IMG/VR virus record: IMGVR_UViG_3300027566_000003 | DNA: 64,000 nt | Reading direction: 5' to 3' (one strand) | Origin: a virus | Lineage: Duplodnaviria; Caudoviricetes | Part shown: in pieces, positions 60,526 through 64,000 of the stretch | Position numbering within the stretch: the first letter of the stretch is position 1 | Layout: each line of letters starts with the position of its first letter | Translations under genes and position numbers: made by a program | The notes under the pieces: generated by a model | Databases searched by the model: none | Seen by the model: only the letters and a program-made list of their open reading frames with translations | Told to the model about the DNA's origin: nothing

Positions 60526-63500
60526 TTCTCCTCTTTAATTATTTTCTTATTACTACTTAATCTCAGCAATCTCTTCTACTTGATGACCGCCACAATTCAA
60601 ACACCTGATAACCAAACATAATTGATGAGAATCATCTAATCTAACGCTTTCCATTAAAGTAAGATGTACTCCACAATATTCACAAGTTTTTAAGAGTTTT
60701 ATATCTTGCATTTTTTCACTCCTTCCATTAAAGCAATTAAAATCAAACATTTATGCTATTTTCTATCAAGATATATTTGAGTAAACACTGATGCTCCTCC
60801 TATTGCAACAGCGTACCAATATTGAGCATGTATGGGTATTTGTGGATATAAGTAAAATCCTAATGCAGTAATAACAATTGTACTAATCATTCCTAACATT
60901 ATTTTCCCTCCTTTCTATAACCGATTAAAAACTACATTTGCTTTGAAATTAATAAGATTCTTCTTGAAAATCTTGCATTTCTAGTTTCCCATCTTCATTT
61001 ATCCATGCCATTGCATAACAATTAATTTCATAACCAGGGCTATCAAATCCTCCGCAATGACATGTATCGCACTGAATATTAAATTTGGTTCTTACTTCTT
61101 CTGCAACCGTTTCAACATACTCGCCAACAGGAGAACACTCTTGATTATCGACTAATTCAGCCATTCTAATAGCTACAAAATCATTTATTTTACTCATTTT
61201 TATATTCTTCCTTCTTTCCCATAAATTCTTAATTTCATCCTAATTCAATTGCTTTAAATTGTTGTTGTAAATGTTCTAATTTCTGTTTAGCTAAATCCAT
61301 TAGACTTGGATTAATAAACAAATCACAGAATTCTTTGTTACTAATATTAAGAACTCTCAGTATATCTTTAGAGGTTATACCTTTCTTTTCTTGTTTTAAT
61401 ACGAAACTAACTTCTTTAACTTCAAAATCTCCCTCTAGAGACTGAATAAATTTTTCTGCTTGCTTAATTTGAGAATTTAATCCTTCTAATTTTTTAAACT
61501 TGCTATGCATTTCTTCAAAATCTTTAATTTCCACTTTATTCCTCTTTCCCAACCCTATAGAAGAGTCATTTGTTTGTATTTAAATTACAATCTTTTGTTT
61601 CTTTATTCCAACGTTTACATTTTTCTTCACTACATAAATTTCCTAGATGCTGACCATCTAATACTTTCAACATACATAATCTAACTTTAATATCTTCCTG
61701 TTTATTCATACTACCCTCCCCAGAAATGAATTGTTTTAAACTTTTAATATACTTTTCACTTCTTGAAATACTTTAAGTGCATCTGGATTATATTTTATTC
61801 CAAAATAACGTTCATCTCTATGCTCTCTAATATCCATATCTGAACACTTCCCTAAAGCCAATAATATTGTTCCTAAATCACTTTCTGAAATTAAAATAGT
61901 AAATTGTTTTTCTAAATTTTCTATTTTGATTAATTTCATTTTAATTATTATCTCCTTCCAAAATAGTAATCAATGGTGCGGGGTTAATCATTTTGCCTAA
62001 TAATTCTTCTCTGATTATTTCGGTGATTTTCCCTAAAATTTCAATAATATTCTCAGAATCAGATTCAAAAGTTAATTTATATTCAAATTTATTCATAATG
62101 TCAAACATCCTTTCTATCCAATTTTGTATTCCCTTTCATATCTAATACCTAATTCCTCATTTAACATGTTATACTTTTTCATATCTTTCTCGAACCAAGA
62201 TGTATCTGTTCCAGGATAATTCTTAATCCAAAGCACACAACCCTCACTTACTAAAAACGTTAAGCATCCATATAGACATAATTCTTGTGAACCTAATTTT
62301 ACTTTCTTAGCTAAATGATAATTTCTGGTTAATTTCTTTTGAACCATTTCATATGTAAGAAGTTTATTACCCTTTACTTTATTAGTATAGCAATCATATA
62401 CATGATCATTTAGAGTTAGAATTTGAATATCTTCTTCATTATTTTTAGGTTTTATATTCCAAAATGCCATTAATTATTTCCCTCCTCCACAATCTCATAT
62501 TCACCATTAAATATTGAAAATTCACCTCCGTTTATAATTATCTCAGCATGGCCCTCCTCATCAATTTCTGCTTTAAATATCTGCCCAATCACCTTTATTA
62601 ATCTTTTCTTTTGCTTCCTTAATATTCTCTGCCGAAACATATCCTTTGCCAATACTATTTACTTCAATAAGAAAACGAAAACTTTTCATATTTTTTCACC
62701 CAGATCCTTTCAAACAGAATTTTTATTTGGTTAATTCTCAGTACACATAAACCATTTACCACGCTCTATCATTCTTTGGTTTAATATTACTGTTGCGTTG
62801 TTCTTGGAAAAATCAAATTGCCAAATTGAATAATTAACTCTACATTCAATTTTATATCCTAATGTAAATTTATGTAATGCTGTACTTAAATCTGTTTCTA
62901 TCCAATTTTTATCTTTGTTCATACCGAATTCTTTTTTACAAGTTAAACACCAGTCACTATCAGATGGTAAAGAACACATTGAACAATCACCATCAAACAT
63001 ACTCATATTAATCTTATCCCTCCTATAAATCTAAGATCCATTTTACTAAGCAAACTGTTTAAATACCTTCTCTGATTCTTTACCCATTGTCTCACCCATC
63101 ATTGCACCAGCAGATGCCAATTGTTCTTGAACTTTAGAAACATTAATCCTTACTTCTTTCTCTAAAACATCACAAACATCTAAAGATACACTGATATGAT
63201 AGACTGCTCCAGTTTGTTTTTGTTCTTTAGTCCATCCTACAATTGTACTTACTCCATTTTTGGCATTGTCTAATTCCTCTTTAGTCGTGTAAAGGTGTAA
63301 TGTTAATCCTGTACTTTTAATCATTTTTATTTTTCTTCTTTCTATTAATTTTATTTATTATTTATTTCATCTACTTCAGCCCAAATTGCTGTTAATAAAA
63401 GTATTACTGCGCTTACTGGTTTACCAACATAAGAAAAATATATTGCACTAGCAACCATAGCTATATGTAACCATTGATTTAATTCGTGTTTGGTAAATTT

Positions 63501-63857
63501 ATTAAACATTTATTTTACTCCTTTTTATTCCAATAGAATCAACTTATTAACTGATCTTATTCATCCATTATTCTAGTATTGCAATTACAATCCGATTCTT
63601 CATCATCTTCTAGTGGACACCATTCAGAAAAATAATCTTTATCTGTTTGCATATGTATGAATTTCCAATTCTTTTCTCCAGCAACTTTACATCTGTATTC
63701 ACTGATGGTTTTGCCAGTTTTAGTTTTTGTGTTCATTGAAAAGATATTAGGGCAATTTAAACAATGAGTAACTTTTTGTGTATATAGTTTTATGATTTAC
63801 TCACCTCCTTCCCTAACCCTATAAATGAAACCTTTCGTGCTATTTATATATACATTT

Positions 63858-63886
63858 ATTATATATTATTCATGCTATTAAGTCAA
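63858..63886 (-). promoter_or_regulatory. SigA-type early promoter
   Basis: TTGACT, 17-nt spacer, TATAAT on the minus strand. Confidence 0.7.
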
Positions 63887-64000
63887 ATAATTATTTTATA
63901 TTCATTATGCCTAGAACTTAAACAATCCTTCCATGAACATTTCTTTATATGGCGTATCAATACAATGTCTTCCGGCTTCAAAATGTTTTAAGTATTCCAG

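Larger units (their letters stand above)
57560..63324 (-). other. Cluster of small early phage ORFs, mostly hypothetical
   Basis: About 20 co-oriented short ORFs with strong RBSs. Confidence 0.6.

Noticed and set aside
1-64000. tRNA/rRNA genes and IS transposases
   Set aside because: No cloverleaf/T-loop signatures, rRNA-like tracts or transposase ORFs were recognised by eye; tRNAscan-SE would be the definitive check.

Overview
Very AT-rich (roughly 27-30% GC by eye) segment of a large temperate Firmicute phage, most likely infecting Clostridium. The host call rests on a CTP1L/CD27L-type endolysin C-terminal domain and strong AGGAGG RBSs. No host chromosomal genes are visible. Layout: (1) 1-9555 (+): end of the tail module (tail-fibre/RBP genes, a secreted collagen-binding/PPC-like moron, a GIY-YIG homing endonuclease) and the lysis genes. 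(2) 9665-13180 (+): Bro-N/RusA fusion, a putative origin with three 27-bp palindromes, and a Rep-like wHTH protein. (3) 13188-24962: maintenance/transfer island with a DGQHR/ParB-like protein, a compact conjugation-like operon (VirB2-like, VirB6-like, PrgI, VirB4-like, VirD4-like, Replic_Relax/MOBC-like relaxase), ParM-ParR with parC-like repeats on both sides, and a large serine recombinase with candidate intact attP and candidate RDF. (4) 25086-64000 (-): early/middle genes for nucleotide metabolism (NT5C, dNMP kinase, ThyX, dUTPase, class II RNR with a 125-aa mini-intein), a two-subunit type II topoisomerase with altered QRDR residues, RecD2 with a 324-aa intein, an SPbeta-like yorF-yorL replisome block (SSB-like, ATPase, DnaB, DnaG, RecJ, HNH, DnaE), an RNA ligase and many small ORFs. 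Headline hypothesis (inference): a phage-plasmid that may integrate, persist as a partitioned episome and transfer by a minimal conjugation machine. All family assignments come from motif recognition by eye; no database searches were run.
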